The position numbers were made by a program, and so were the translations under genes. 64,000 nucleotides of DNA from an uncultured delta proteobacterium (GTDB lineage Bacteria > Desulfobacterota > RBG-13-43-22), in NCBI GenBank assembly GCA_963790475.1, contig CAWBOS010000015.1:128001-192000 (forward strand), read 5' to 3'. This document shows, piece by piece, positions 31,235 through 41,833 of this stretch. Below the pieces are notes generated by a model that searched no databases, was not told the DNA's origin, and worked only from the letters and a program-made list of their open reading frames with translations. Position 1 is the first letter of the stretch. Each line of letters opens with the position of its first letter.

Positions 31235-32429
31235 TCAGTTTCTCCTGGCTTTTAACTGCCGGATCATCTCCGGTACGATCTCAAAAAGATCTCCCACAAT
31301 ACCATAAGAGGCCACATCAAAGATAGGGGCATGGGGATCGATATTGATGGCCACAATGGTGTCCGCCGACTGCATACCGACCAGATGCTGAACCGCGCCG
31401 GAAACCCCGATGGCAATATACAATTTGGGGGCTACGGTCTTTCCGGTTTGTCCCACCTGATGGGCATAGGAAATCCAACCGGCATCCACAGCCCCCCGGG
31501 AAGCCCCGACTGCGGCATTCAACAGTTCGGCCAATTCCCGGATCAGGGCAAAATGCTTCTCCTCCTGCAATCCCCGGCCTCCGGTTACAATCACGTCAGC
31601 CTCGGCCAGACGCACCTTCTCGGTGATTTCTTCAACGATCTCCAGCAGCCGTGTTTTGGGGGTTATTTCAGCCCAGTCCAATTCCAGCGGGACAATTTCA
31701 CCCGAACGGCCGGGTTGGGGTAGTCCTTTTTTCATGACCTTGGACCTTACCGTAGCCATCTGAGGCCGTTTTTGGGGACAGATTATGGTGGCCATAATGT
31801 TTCCGCCAAAGGCCGGACGAGTCTGGAGTAAGAGACGTTGTATCGGTATCGATGGACAGGTCCGTACAATCGGCCGTCAACCCGGTCCCGATCTGGGTAG
31901 CCACCTTGGGAATAAAGGACCGGCCGATGGAGGTGGCCCCGGCCAGGACAATTTCAGGCCGATAAGTTCGTATGATCCGGGTCAGGCATTCTCCATAGAG
32001 TTCATCGGTGAAGCCTTCCAGATAAGGATGATCGACCACATATACCCGATCAGCCCCGTGTTCAATCAGGCGGTTGGCGGAGGCGGAGACTTCTTTCCCC
32101 AGCAAAACCGCCGATAGAGATACCTTCAGCGTATCCGCCAATTCCCGGCCCTTATGCAGCAACTCATAAGCCACTTCAGCTATCTTCCCCAGGCGTTGTT
32201 CGGCAAAAATCATGACCCCGGAATAGTCCCGGGAACCTTCACCTTTTTCCAGCACAGGGACGACTATGGCCCCTGTCGGACATCCGTCCGCACAGGCCCC
32301 GCATAGAGTGCACTGATCATTGACCGAGGCCTTTCCCTCCTTCATTTCCAAGGCATCGAAAGGGCAGACCGAGACGCAAGCTTCACAGCCGGTACATTTT
32401 TCTAAATCAATCTGGGTTTGAAGTGGCAT
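31235..32429 (-). CDS. etfA: Electron transfer flavoprotein alpha subunit with N-terminal 2x[4Fe-4S] ferredoxin (frameshift near 31835)
   Basis: CTGCEACVSVCP and CTLCGACADGCP, GLTADCT, then RPAFGGN and QVGQTG in the next frame. Confidence 0.93.
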
Positions 32430-32560
32430 CTTCCTTTGCTTCTTTGCTACAAGCTGTCTGTTTAATATTGAATTCAGAATTCAGGAGTCAGAATCCAAAA
32501 TGAATAAAATTTTTCCTGTCTTCCGGCTTCTGAATTCTGGATTCTGAATTTATTATTTAT

Positions 32561-33349
32561 TCACGGTATCAATTTCAAGATTTTCAACTTGTCCAGTATC
32601 TGAATCACCTGTTCTCCGGCTGTTCCCTCAATCCATTCCCTTTCTTTCAGTCTGGGTGGAGGAAAAACTTTAATGACCTGTGTGGCCGACCCCTGCAAAC
32701 CCACCCGGTCAGGATCCGCTGCCAACTCCTTAGTTCCAAAGACTTCGACCTTTTGGGATTTGGCCCTCATTTTTCCCTTCAGGGAAGGAACCCGGGGTTC
32801 ATTGATTTCCTTTACTACAGTGAGCAAAGCCGGCAAGGGCAGTTCCAACCGATCGTAACCGTCGTCCATCAGACGTTGGACACGAATCAGTCCGCCTCCG
32901 ATCTCTTCGATTTTGCGCACCCAGGTCACATAGGGAATAGACAATCTTTCGGCAATCCCCGGTCCTACCTGGGCCGTATCGCCGTCTACGGCCTGCTTTC
33001 CGCAGAGGATTAAGTCAAAGGTCCCAATCCTTTCAATCCCCTTGGCCAGGGTATAAGAGGTCGCCCAGGTATCAGCCCCGGCAAAGGCCCGATCGGATAG
33101 TAAAACCGCCTCATCGGCCCCGTAGGAGATGGCCTCTCGCAAAGAGGATTCGGCTTGAGGGGGTCCCATGGAACAGACTGTCACCTTCCCTCCCAACCGG
33201 TCCTTCAGGCGCAATCCTTCCTCCAGGGCATACATGTCGAAAGGATTGATGATACTTTCCACCCCTTCCCGGATCAAGGTATGGGTCTTTTCATCCAGAC
33301 GAATCTGCCGGGTATCCGGAACTTGTTTGATACAGACGATGATGTGCAT
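32561..33349 (-). CDS. etfB: Electron transfer flavoprotein beta subunit
   Basis: CIKQVPD, NPFD, DRAFAGADT and DGDTAQVGP motifs. Confidence 0.96.
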   Translation of the reverse strand: MHIIVCIKQVPDTRQIRLDEKTHTLIREGVESIINPFDMYALEEGLRLKDRLGGKVTVCSMGPPQAESSLREAISYGADEAVLLSDRAFAGADTWATSYTLAKGIERIGTFDLILCGKQAVDGDTAQVGPGIAERLSIPYVTWVRKIEEIGGGLIRVQRLMDDGYDRLELPLPALLTVVKEINEPRVPSLKGKMRAKSQKVEVFGTKELAADPDRVGLQGSATQVIKVFPPPRLKEREWIEGTAGEQVIQILDKLKILKLIP

Positions 33350-33427
33350 TATTTATAAAGGGTCCAAGGTTTCAAGGGGTAAAGAGGTTCGATCAGTCTT
33401 TACCCTTAAACCTTGGACCTTAAACCC

Positions 33428-34588
33428 TTAACCTTTCTTCCGTCCCCCTTCTTTATTGAGTTCCTGGCCGATGATATTTCGCTGAACCTGATTGGTGCCT
33501 TCATAGATCTGGAGGATCTTGGCGTCGCGCATCATTTTCTCCACCGGATAGTCTCTCATGTAGCCGGTTCCTCCTAAAACCTGGACGGCATCAGTGGTCA
33601 CCTTCATCGCCGCATCACTGGCAAAAACCTTGGCCATGGCTGAGATCTTGGAGACATCTTTGGCCCCGCTGTCAATAAAGCGGGCCGCCGAATAAACCAG
33701 GGCCCGGGCGGCTTCCGTCAATGTCGCCATATCGGCCAGCATATGTTGAACAGCCTGAAAAGTGATAATCGGTTTTCCGAACTGTATCCGGGTCCGGGCG
33801 AAGGAAACCGCCTCGTCCAACGCCCCCTGGGCCAGGCCGACCGCCTGGGCCCCGACACCGGGACGTGACTGATCAAAGGTTTTCATGGCTACAATGAATC
33901 CCATCCCCTCCCGGGCGATGATCCGGTCTTTGGGGATACGACATTGATTGAAAATCAGTTCCCCGGTGGTTGAAGCCCGGATGCCCATCTTACTTTCTTT
34001 TTTGCCGAAACCGAAACCCGGGTCCCCTTTTTCGACAATAAAGGCGCTCGCCCCCCGGGGGCCTTTACTACGGTCGGTAATAGCAATGACCGAGTAGAGG
34101 TCAGCTTCCCCGGCATTAGTGATCCACTGCTTGGTCCCATTCAGGACATATTCGCTACCTTTCAACTCGGCCATGGTCATGATACCCCCGGCATCACTGC
34201 CGGCTGTTGATTCGGTCAAGGCAAAGGCCGCTAATTTTCGTCCGGAGGCAATCTCAGTCAGGTATTTCTTTTTTTGTTCTTCACTTCCATAGAGGAGGAT
34301 GGGATATGCTCCCAGACCGCTGGCCGCAAAACTGGTGGAAACCCCCAGGCAGGCCCTGCTCAATTCTTCCACGGCCAAACAGTTTTCAAAAGAGCCGCCC
34401 CCGAACCCGCCGTATTCCTGCGGGATACAAACCCCGAACAGATCCGATTGGGCAATCACTTTCAATAACTCGCGGGGGAATTCTTCTTTTTCGTCCAATT
34501 CGGCCCGGACTGGTTTGATCTTCTCGTCGGCGATCTTCTGAGCAATCTCCTTGATCATCTGCTGTTCTTCAGTAAGAAAATAGTCCAT
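33428..34588 (-). CDS. Acyl-CoA dehydrogenase (butyryl-CoA dehydrogenase-like)
   Basis: FALTE..AGSD, NGTKQWITN and IYEGTNQ motifs. Confidence 0.94.
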   Translation of the reverse strand: MDYFLTEEQQMIKEIAQKIADEKIKPVRAELDEKEEFPRELLKVIAQSDLFGVCIPQEYGGFGGGSFENCLAVEELSRACLGVSTSFAASGLGAYPILLYGSEEQKKKYLTEIASGRKLAAFALTESTAGSDAGGIMTMAELKGSEYVLNGTKQWITNAGEADLYSVIAITDRSKGPRGASAFIVEKGDPGFGFGKKESKMGIRASTTGELIFNQCRIPKDRIIAREGMGFIVAMKTFDQSRPGVGAQAVGLAQGALDEAVSFARTRIQFGKPIITFQAVQHMLADMATLTEAARALVYSAARFIDSGAKDVSKISAMAKVFASDAAMKVTTDAVQVLGGTGYMRDYPVEKMMRDAKILQIYEGTNQVQRNIIGQELNKEGGRKKG

Positions 34589-34754
34589 CTCCTGCCCTTT
34601 CCCTATTGAATAATTTTTTTATCAACCGAACCGGGTCTGACCTATATAAGGTTTTGTTCTCCATAGTAAGAAAGATCAACAAACATTTATTTTGATCTTT
34701 AACGTTGCCTTTCGCCTTTTGAACTTGAGGCCATAAGTTCTTAGCCCCGCCGGC

Positions 34755-35813
34755 TCAGGAACTTATCTTCTTCTTGATGGAATCCCAAAAACGATGAGGT
34801 TTGCGATAGTAGGCTTCGTTATTTTTCAGTCCTTCCAGGACATGTTCGGTCATCCGGTTTTGAACCGCCTGGCCCGCTACCCGAATGGCATTCATGATTG
34901 CCCTCGGATTGGAAGCCCCATGACTGACCACCACCACCCCATCGACGCCTAACAGGGGAACCCCTCCGTATTCGGCATAGTCCACCCTTTTCGAAAAGCG
35001 TTTAAAGGCCGGTTTCATGAAGAGGAACCCGATCTTGGAGCCCAGGCTGGAACTTATTTCTTCTTTTAACATAACCTTTACGGTTTCAGCCAGACCTTCG
35101 CTTAACTTCAGACAGATATTACCGACAAATCCATCACAAACAATAACATCAACCTTCCCGCTGAAAATGTCCCTTCCTTCCACATTGCCGATGAAATTCA
35201 AGGGGGTCTTTTTCAAAATATCCGCCGTCTGATGAACCAGATCATTTCCTTTGGATTCTTCTTCACCGATACTCATGATCCCCACCCTGGGGTTAGGACG
35301 TTTCATGATGTACCGGGCCAACGGCTCGGCCATAATAGCGAACTGGACCAACTGGGAGGCCGTGCAATCCACATTGGCCCCCACATCGATCACCAGGGTT
35401 GAAGAGGATTGGGAAGGAAGAATGGCCCCCAGGGCCGGTCTTTCCACGCCGTGCAGTTTTCCTAAAACTACCACCCCTAAGGCCATGGTCGCTCCTGAAT
35501 TACCGGCACTCACGACACCATCGGCCTCTCCCTTCTTGACCAGTTCCAAGGCCACTCTGATAGAGGCATCCTTTTTCCTGCGGATGACATCAATGGGGGA
35601 TTCACCCATTCCGGCCACTTCGGTGCAATGCCGAACGGTGATCAGGTTTGGATTATAGGTCAACCCGGTCAGTTCCTTGGCGATGACATCCTGGTTTCCC
35701 ACCAGGATCAAGGGGATTCCCAATTCCCTGGCAGCCAAAACCGCCCCATTCACCACCGCGGCAGGGGCGTAGTCGCCACCCATGGCATCAACAGCTATCG
35801 TAATAGACTTCAA
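34755..35813 (-). CDS. plsX: Phosphate acyltransferase
   Basis: AVDAMGGD, SAGNSGA, DVGAN and DGFVGN motifs. Confidence 0.97.
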   Translation of the reverse strand: MKSITIAVDAMGGDYAPAAVVNGAVLAARELGIPLILVGNQDVIAKELTGLTYNPNLITVRHCTEVAGMGESPIDVIRRKKDASIRVALELVKKGEADGVVSAGNSGATMALGVVVLGKLHGVERPALGAILPSQSSSTLVIDVGANVDCTASQLVQFAIMAEPLARYIMKRPNPRVGIMSIGEEESKGNDLVHQTADILKKTPLNFIGNVEGRDIFSGKVDVIVCDGFVGNICLKLSEGLAETVKVMLKEEISSSLGSKIGFLFMKPAFKRFSKRVDYAEYGGVPLLGVDGVVVVSHGASNPRAIMNAIRVAGQAVQNRMTEHVLEGLKNNEAYYRKPHRFWDSIKKKISS

Positions 35814-35886
35814 AGGATACCATCCACTAAAATTGTCTAAAGAATTGAAATTTATTAACCCTGCAACAAATAAACTTAAAATCCAA

Positions 35887-36010
35887 ACGGCTTTGCAAAA
35901 AGCTCCAGAGGCGAGGCGCGCAAATTCTGAGGAGTGAAGCGTACTAACTACTACACTGCAAAAATGAAGAATTCAGCGCAACAAAGCCTTTGGATTTTTT
36001 ATGAAGCCAT
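35887..36010. repeat. MITE-like element with terminal inverted repeats
   Basis: ACGGCTTTGCAAAAA...TTTTTTATGAAGCCAT, about 124 bp, non-coding. Confidence 0.55.
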
Positions 36011-36012
36011 TT

Positions 36013-36201
36013 CTAGGATTTTTCTTCTTCAAGGATTGTGACCTGGCGACCCCGATAAGTCCCACAGGAAGGACAGGCAAAATGGGGCAACTTAGGTTCA
36101 TGACATTGCGGACAACGGGAAACCGAAGGGGCTGTCAGGGCATCATGAGCCCTTCGTTTCCCTGCGCGGGCTCTGGAATGTCTTCTCTTTGGTAAAGGCA
36201 T
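36013..36201 (-). CDS. rpmF: 50S ribosomal protein L32
   Basis: MPLPKRRHS, CPQC...CPSC. Confidence 0.97.
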   Translation of the reverse strand: MPLPKRRHSRARAGKRRAHDALTAPSVSRCPQCHEPKLPHFACPSCGTYRGRQVTILEEEKS

Positions 36202-36361
36202 CGAATTTCCTCCAATTAGCTTGTTACTATCTTAGGATCTTAAAAACAAAATTTTTATCACGCTTAACCGCTTCCTGAAAAATACCGAAAGCCGGCATTC
36301 TTCATCCCGGCACCGCTCGGATCAAGCTTGCAGCCGGCCGGGTGACGACTTGACCTTTTTT

Positions 36362-36904
36362 TCAAACATTAAAATTTCTCAAGGCTGAAAAAGGGCTGTT
36401 CTCTTCTTTGGATTTGCAATCGCAGGGATTCACATTTCTGTCCTCCCCGCAGATCGGACAGAGACCCAGGCAAGATTCCCGGCATAAAGGTTTTATGGGA
36501 ATGGCCAGGATCATCTCTTCCAAAATCCTTTCGGACAGGTCCAGGACCCCCTCTTGGACCAGGCCGGTTTCCAGATCTTCGACTTGTAAGCTTGAATCTT
36601 TTTCTTTGTCCGAAGACTTCAGAGGGGCCGAAATCAGACGCCATTCCAACCCAATGGGTTCATCAAGGGTTTTCAGGAACGGTTCCAGGCACCGGCTGCA
36701 ATGAAGCTTGATCTTCCCCTTGACCCTCCCTCGAAACAGAATCCCCTGACCGGTTTTGGTCAATTCCCCCTGAACCTCCGCTGGACCTGAGGGAGCAAAC
36801 CCAAGGGACCTTTCCTGAGCAATTTCCTTGAACCAGGCGGGCTCCAAAAGGAAATCGATAGAAAGCCCTTCAACCGGAATGGTATCTACTTTAATTGGTT
36901 TCAT
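36362..36904 (-). CDS. DUF177/YceD family protein
   Basis: CSRCL and PLCRESCLGLCPICG motifs, upstream of rpmF. Confidence 0.93.
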   Translation of the reverse strand: MKPIKVDTIPVEGLSIDFLLEPAWFKEIAQERSLGFAPSGPAEVQGELTKTGQGILFRGRVKGKIKLHCSRCLEPFLKTLDEPIGLEWRLISAPLKSSDKEKDSSLQVEDLETGLVQEGVLDLSERILEEMILAIPIKPLCRESCLGLCPICGEDRNVNPCDCKSKEENSPFSALRNFNV

Positions 36905-37030
36905 TTCTTATAAGGTAAGGGTTCCTTACCATTAGCAAAATAAACCATTAACTATAGTAAAAGTTATAATTTTGTCAAGAAAATTCGCCTTTGGGTTGCC
37001 TTTGGAAGAGAATTATGATAGATAGCGGCC

Positions 37031-38431
37031 ATGAACAAAATAAGAACCCGCTTTCCACCAAGCCCCACCGGCTATCTACACATCGGCGGGGCCAGAACCG
37101 CCCTATTTAATTGGCTTTTCGCCAGGCAGCAGGGAGGGGTTTTTGTCCTGCGAATAGAAGATACCGACCAGGCCCGCTCCACCGATGAGGCCACCCGGGC
37201 CATTCTGGAAGGCCTGAAATGGCTGGGGCTCGATTGGGATGAAGGTCCTTTTTTTCAGTCTCAACGTACTGAAATATATCGACAATTTATTTTAGACCTT
37301 CTGAACCAGGGCAAGGCCTACTACTGCAATTGTTCCGCGGAACTGCTGGAAAATAAAAGGGAAATCGCCCGGGCGGCAGGACAGAAACCCAAATATGACG
37401 GGACCTGCCGGGAAAAAAAATTAGGTCCAGGCCCCCAGACAGTGGTCCGGCTAAAGAACCCCCAGACCGGGACTACCGGTTTTGATGATCTGATCCGGGG
37501 ACCCATCGTTTTTCCCAATGAGGAATTGGATGATCTGATCCTGGCCCGCAGCGACGGCTCTCCCACCTATCATCTGGCCGTTGTTGTTGATGACATAACG
37601 ATGGAAATCACTCATATCATTCGAGGAGACGACCATCTCAACAATACGCCACGGCAAATCCAAATTTATCAGGCCCTGGGCCGGCCTCTGCCCCGTTTTG
37701 GACATGTGCCCATGATTTTGGGACCGGACAAGACCCGTCTCAGTAAACGTCATGGGGCCACATCGGTCCTGGCCTATAAGGATCTGGGCTTTCTGCCTCA
37801 GGCCTTGATCAACTATCTGGTTCGCCTGGGCTGGGCCCATGGCGACGAGGAGATCTTCAGCCGGCAAGAAATGATCGATAGATTTTCTCTGGCCCAGGTG
37901 GGGAAATCAGCCGGGGTTTTCAACCAGGAAAAACTCCTGTGGCTAAACAGCCATTATATCAAGGAGTCCAACGATCAGGAACTAGCCGTTTTGCTGGCCC
38001 CTTTTCTTGAGGTAAAAGGCTTCCAGAATCTGGATTTGGACTATATCGCCAAGTGTGCCGCAACCTTGAAAATGCGTTCCAAGACCCTGGTAGAAATGGC
38101 AGATGCCGCGGATTTTTATCTTAAGGAAGAGGCGAACTATCAGCCTGAAGCAGCAAAAAAATTCTTTTCTCCTGAAACCATCCCCTGGATGGAGATAGTG
38201 ACCGAATCCTTTTCCAATCTGACCGATTGGAATGAATCTGCCCTGGAATCGGCCTTCAGCCGGATCCTCGAACGGACCGGGACGACCATGAAACAGATTG
38301 CCCCGCCCCTGCGTCTGGCCCTGACCGGTAAGACAGCCAGCCCCGGTCTCTTTGAGGTTATGGCCGCCATGGGTAAAGAAAGGACTTTGACTCGTTTAAA
38401 CAGGGCACTTAATTTTATCAAAGGTCTGTAA
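37031..38431 (+). CDS. gltX: Glutamate--tRNA ligase
   Basis: RFPPSPTG, HIGG and RLSKR motifs. Confidence 0.98.
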   Translation: MNKIRTRFPPSPTGYLHIGGARTALFNWLFARQQGGVFVLRIEDTDQARSTDEATRAILEGLKWLGLDWDEGPFFQSQRTEIYRQFILDLLNQGKAYYCNCSAELLENKREIARAAGQKPKYDGTCREKKLGPGPQTVVRLKNPQTGTTGFDDLIRGPIVFPNEELDDLILARSDGSPTYHLAVVVDDITMEITHIIRGDDHLNNTPRQIQIYQALGRPLPRFGHVPMILGPDKTRLSKRHGATSVLAYKDLGFLPQALINYLVRLGWAHGDEEIFSRQEMIDRFSLAQVGKSAGVFNQEKLLWLNSHYIKESNDQELAVLLAPFLEVKGFQNLDLDYIAKCAATLKMRSKTLVEMADAADFYLKEEANYQPEAAKKFFSPETIPWMEIVTESFSNLTDWNESALESAFSRILERTGTTMKQIAPPLRLALTGKTASPGLFEVMAAMGKERTLTRLNRALNFIKGL

Positions 38432-38598
38432 GAGAACACAAAAGCGCTTGATTTTTTTTGATTCTTATTCTATCTTAAAATTAACTTAAAGCACTCGGCG
38501 TTCAATTTAGGTCATGCTCCCTGACTAGACATTTTTTTCGCCGAACGCCCCTGCCCATCGCAGGCACTTTACGACAAACATTTTCTCTTTTTTACAAC

Positions 38599-38672
38599 TG
38601 GGGGATCGTCTAACGGCAAGACTGTAGACTCTGGATCTACCTATCGGGGTTCGAATCCCTGTCCCCCAGCCA
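38599..38672 (+). tRNA. tRNA-Gln(CTG)
   Basis: TGGGGGATCGTCTAA...CTCTGGA loop...CCCCCAGCCA. Confidence 0.93.
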
Positions 38673-38776
38673 TTTTTTTTGAGGTCAAACTGAATTGAAA
38701 CAATAAAGTCAGAGTTTAGATTTTGACTTCTGACGCCGAACACCGAACGCCCAACCCCGAACTTCTTTTTCTACAG

Positions 38777-38852
38777 GGTCCCATCGTCTAGTGGCCTAGG
38801 ACACCGGCCTCTCACGCCGGTAACACGGGTTCGAACCCCGTTGGGACCACCA
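38777..38852 (+). tRNA. tRNA-Glu(CTC)
   Basis: GGTCCCATCGTCTAG...CTCTCAC loop...GGGACCACCA. Confidence 0.93.
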
Positions 38853-39000
38853 AAAAAATAAAATTAAATTGATTTCTTACTTAACCGCTTCCAAGGCCGT
38901 TTTATCAGAATTCCTTAATGAAGGCTCCGCTAATGGTCAAGATGCCTTCCTCCCCGTTAATTGGCCAAGGGCCAAATCCGGGATTTGAGCTGTTGAGAGA

Positions 39001-39234
39001 TTAACGCCGGGCTGAAATTTTTTCTTCAACATATTCGGCGATCAGGCGAATGGTCTTTAATTTGGGATAATCGTCCTCATCGATTGCAATCTTGTATTCA
39101 TCCTGCAAGACCAAGGCTACCGTGGCCAAGTCCATGCTATCAATCCCAAGTTCATCAATCAGGTCCAAATCGGGATTGAATGTCTCTACCGTCACATCTT
39201 CCAGCTTGAGTTCAAAAATAGGGAAAATAAGCAT
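39001..39234 (-). CDS. Acyl carrier protein (possibly 5'-truncated)
   Basis: ELGIDSMD phosphopantetheine site. First helix looks short and there is no clear RBS. Confidence 0.75.
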   Translation of the reverse strand: MLIFPIFELKLEDVTVETFNPDLDLIDELGIDSMDLATVALVLQDEYKIAIDEDDYPKLKTIRLIAEYVEEKISARR

Positions 39235-39492
39235 ATTATTTATTTAATATTGACAACGTCAATGGTTATGGATAGGATTTTTTCAATCATATCCTGAATC
39301 AAAAATTGGGGGTCCTCTTAGTATTAATAATAACGACGGCAAATCGTAAGACGTTGTTTTGGACAGCGTTGACGCTTGGTAATGGTTCGCCGCTTCGGAA
39401 TTCGGGATCGGTCCACCTGGGAGCATAAAAAATTTCAAAGAGATCAGAACTGTCCGACCTGTTAAACTAGGTGATGTGGAATTTTAGATCAT

Positions 39493-39930
39493 ATGTCTAC
39501 CTCCCCGGATGATTGGCTACCTCTTCAGAAACCCTGGATTACCCCCGAAGGGCGGTGGGAATCCCGGGTACGATTTGAACCCGATTCGGAGTGGTTTTCC
39601 GGGCACTTCGAAAAAATCCCCTTGCTGCCCGGTGTGGCCCTCCTGGCCTTGGTCTCCGAAATGGTGAAAAGACAAGGCCTGGAAAACGGACGGCTTCTTG
39701 AGGTTGTCGGTTTTTCCAGGGTTAGGTTCAAACTCTTGGTTCTCCCGGGTAAAGAATTGTACATTTCCGTAGCGGCCATGCCAAGCGATCCTGAAGCTAA
39801 ACTGGATTTTAAGATAACCTGTCAGGACGAACTCGTTGTCCAGGGTTTCTTGAAAGCCCGGGCAGGAGGTGCCTCCCGGTCAGGAAGCGATGAGACCGCA
39901 CCTGCCAGAGCCCGGATCAAAGAGCGGTAA
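39493..39930 (+). CDS. Hotdog-fold 3-hydroxyacyl-ACP dehydratase (ApeI/FabZ-like)
   Basis: WFSGHF..IPLLPGV and VRFKLLVLPG motifs. Confidence 0.8.
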   Translation: MSTSPDDWLPLQKPWITPEGRWESRVRFEPDSEWFSGHFEKIPLLPGVALLALVSEMVKRQGLENGRLLEVVGFSRVRFKLLVLPGKELYISVAAMPSDPEAKLDFKITCQDELVVQGFLKARAGGASRSGSDETAPARARIKER

Positions 39931-40177
39931 AGACATCCGACTCAAACATAGGATACCGGGGCCTAAGACCAACCTTTTTTGGTGATACCCGTCGTATCAT
40001 TGTCAGCCTTTTTTCAGATGGAGCACGGAAGATAGGGGTAGTCAGAAGGTCCAAAGACCAGGTGAAATTTGCCGTTCTCCCAAACAATCAGCGAGGGGGC
40101 GGTTCCTCTGGGGAAGTCTGATAAGCTTGGCCTCATCTCTTGAACAATATGGATTGAGTTGATGGGGGAGAAAAAAA

Positions 40178-40639
40178 ATGGACCCGAACGAATTTTTTCC
40201 GGCTGGACCTCTGATCCCGCACCGGCGTCGCATGAGTCTCTTGGAATGGGTAAAGAGACCCATAAAGAAAACCCTGGTGGCAGAAGCCACTGTAAACCCT
40301 GACTGGCCTCTTCACCAGGATGGAATAGTGAGTTCCGTGATCAGTATCGAACTTGTGACCCAAGCTATCGCTGCCCTGAGAACATGGGATTTAGGAAAAG
40401 GGGCCGAAGCGCGACCTGGGTTCCTGGTTGGGGTCAAAGAGGCCACCTTCTCTTCTTCCAGCTTTCCTGTGGGGAAAAGGCTCGTTATCCAAATTGCAGA
40501 ACTTCACCATCTCGATGAATATGCCATATATGAAGGTCAAGTCAGCTCCGAGCCGGACTTCTTCTGCAAAACCACGATCCAGGTCATGGAAGCCGGGAAG
40601 GAAATCCTTTCCACTCTTAAGCCACAACAGAGGATCTGA
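40178..40639 (+). CDS. Hotdog-fold dehydratase (ApeP-like)
   Basis: LIPHRRRMSLL, IELVTQAIAA and GFLVGVK motifs. Confidence 0.78.
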   Translation: MDPNEFFPAGPLIPHRRRMSLLEWVKRPIKKTLVAEATVNPDWPLHQDGIVSSVISIELVTQAIAALRTWDLGKGAEARPGFLVGVKEATFSSSSFPVGKRLVIQIAELHHLDEYAIYEGQVSSEPDFFCKTTIQVMEAGKEILSTLKPQQRI

Positions 40640-40662
40640 CTCAGGGAGAAAGAGATTTAGAC

Positions 40663-41400
40663 ATGAAACCTTTATTGCCAATGCAGGTCGCCCTGGTTAC
40701 GGGCGGGAGCCGGGGAATCGGACGGGCCATCTGTCTGGAACTGGCCGGGAACGGCCATTATGTGATTGTCAATTATCACTCCAACTCCAAGGCGGCTGAA
40801 GAGACCCTGGCCCTGATTCACCAAGCCGGAGGGAAGGGAGAGACCGTCTGTTTCGATGTGGCCGACAAAGAAGAGATCGAAAAAAGCCTGGAGACCCTTT
40901 TAACCCGCCACGAAGCCATTGATATCCTGATAAACAATGCCGGCGCGGCTGCTGACAGTCTTTTTGTCCTCATGTCCCCCGAAGAATGGACCAGGGTTAT
41001 TAACATCTCCTTAAATGGGTTTTACAATGTCACCCAGCCCATCCTCAAAAAGATGGTCACCCGGAAGCATGGCCACATTGTGATCATCTCTTCCGTATCG
41101 GCCAAACTCGGCCATCGCGGTCAGACCAACTATTCGGCCGCCAAGGCCGGACTCGAAGGGGCCTGTCGATCCCTGGCTTCGGAAGTGGCCCGTCTGGGTA
41201 TCCGGGTCAACTGTGTGGCCCCCGGTCTGATCGAGACGGAGATGATTCAGGCCGTTCCCAGGGACTTGATTAAACAGATCGTCCCTATGGGCCGTGTGGG
41301 ACTTCCTGAAGAAGTGGCCAAAGTGGTCCGGTTTCTCTGTTCCGCGGATGCCTCCTATATTACCGGCCAGGTCATCTCGGTTAATGGGGGCATGTTTTAA
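40663..41400 (+). CDS. 3-oxoacyl-ACP reductase paralogue
   Basis: TGGSRGIG, NNAG, YSAAK and ISVNGG motifs. Confidence 0.92.
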   Translation: MKPLLPMQVALVTGGSRGIGRAICLELAGNGHYVIVNYHSNSKAAEETLALIHQAGGKGETVCFDVADKEEIEKSLETLLTRHEAIDILINNAGAAADSLFVLMSPEEWTRVINISLNGFYNVTQPILKKMVTRKHGHIVIISSVSAKLGHRGQTNYSAAKAGLEGACRSLASEVARLGIRVNCVAPGLIETEMIQAVPRDLIKQIVPMGRVGLPEEVAKVVRFLCSADASYITGQVISVNGGMF

Positions 41401-41564
41401 AAATTGCTTCTCGTCCATGTCCGGGAATGAATCCGGCACCAAGACCAAAAGCCATCGAAATTGAGATCAATTCTGAGTTCATGAATTAAGGGGTAGAAAT
41501 TTGAGTAACATTGTGGTAAATGAAAGCCGGAAGCAAAAAAATTAACAAGACTAGGTTCACTATT

Positions 41565-41819
41565 ATGACACGGGAAGAGCTACAGAAGGAAATATTAAAA
41601 ATTCTATCCAGAGAATTTGAAATCGAAAATCCAGATTTGGATGACAATTTAAGAGAGAAGTATGAGTTTGACAGTGTCGACGCCATAGAGCTTTTGATAG
41701 CGATTGAAGAATTATTAAAAACGGAACTGACTCAGGAAGAAAAAAAGCAGGCGATGGATATTCGAACGATTAATCATATTTGCGATTATGTGGAGGCTTT
41801 GGCTAAGACAAGAGCCTGA
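41565..41819 (+). CDS. Acyl carrier protein
   Basis: YEFDSVDAIEL motif, 84 aa from ATG 41565. Confidence 0.85.
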   Translation: MTREELQKEILKILSREFEIENPDLDDNLREKYEFDSVDAIELLIAIEELLKTELTQEEKKQAMDIRTINHICDYVEALAKTRA

Positions 41820-41833
41820 AATGTGAATCCATT

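Noticed and set aside
39930-40170. Possible riboswitch between the dehydratase genes
   Set aside because: No convincing match to c-di-GMP, cobalamin or other aptamer consensus.
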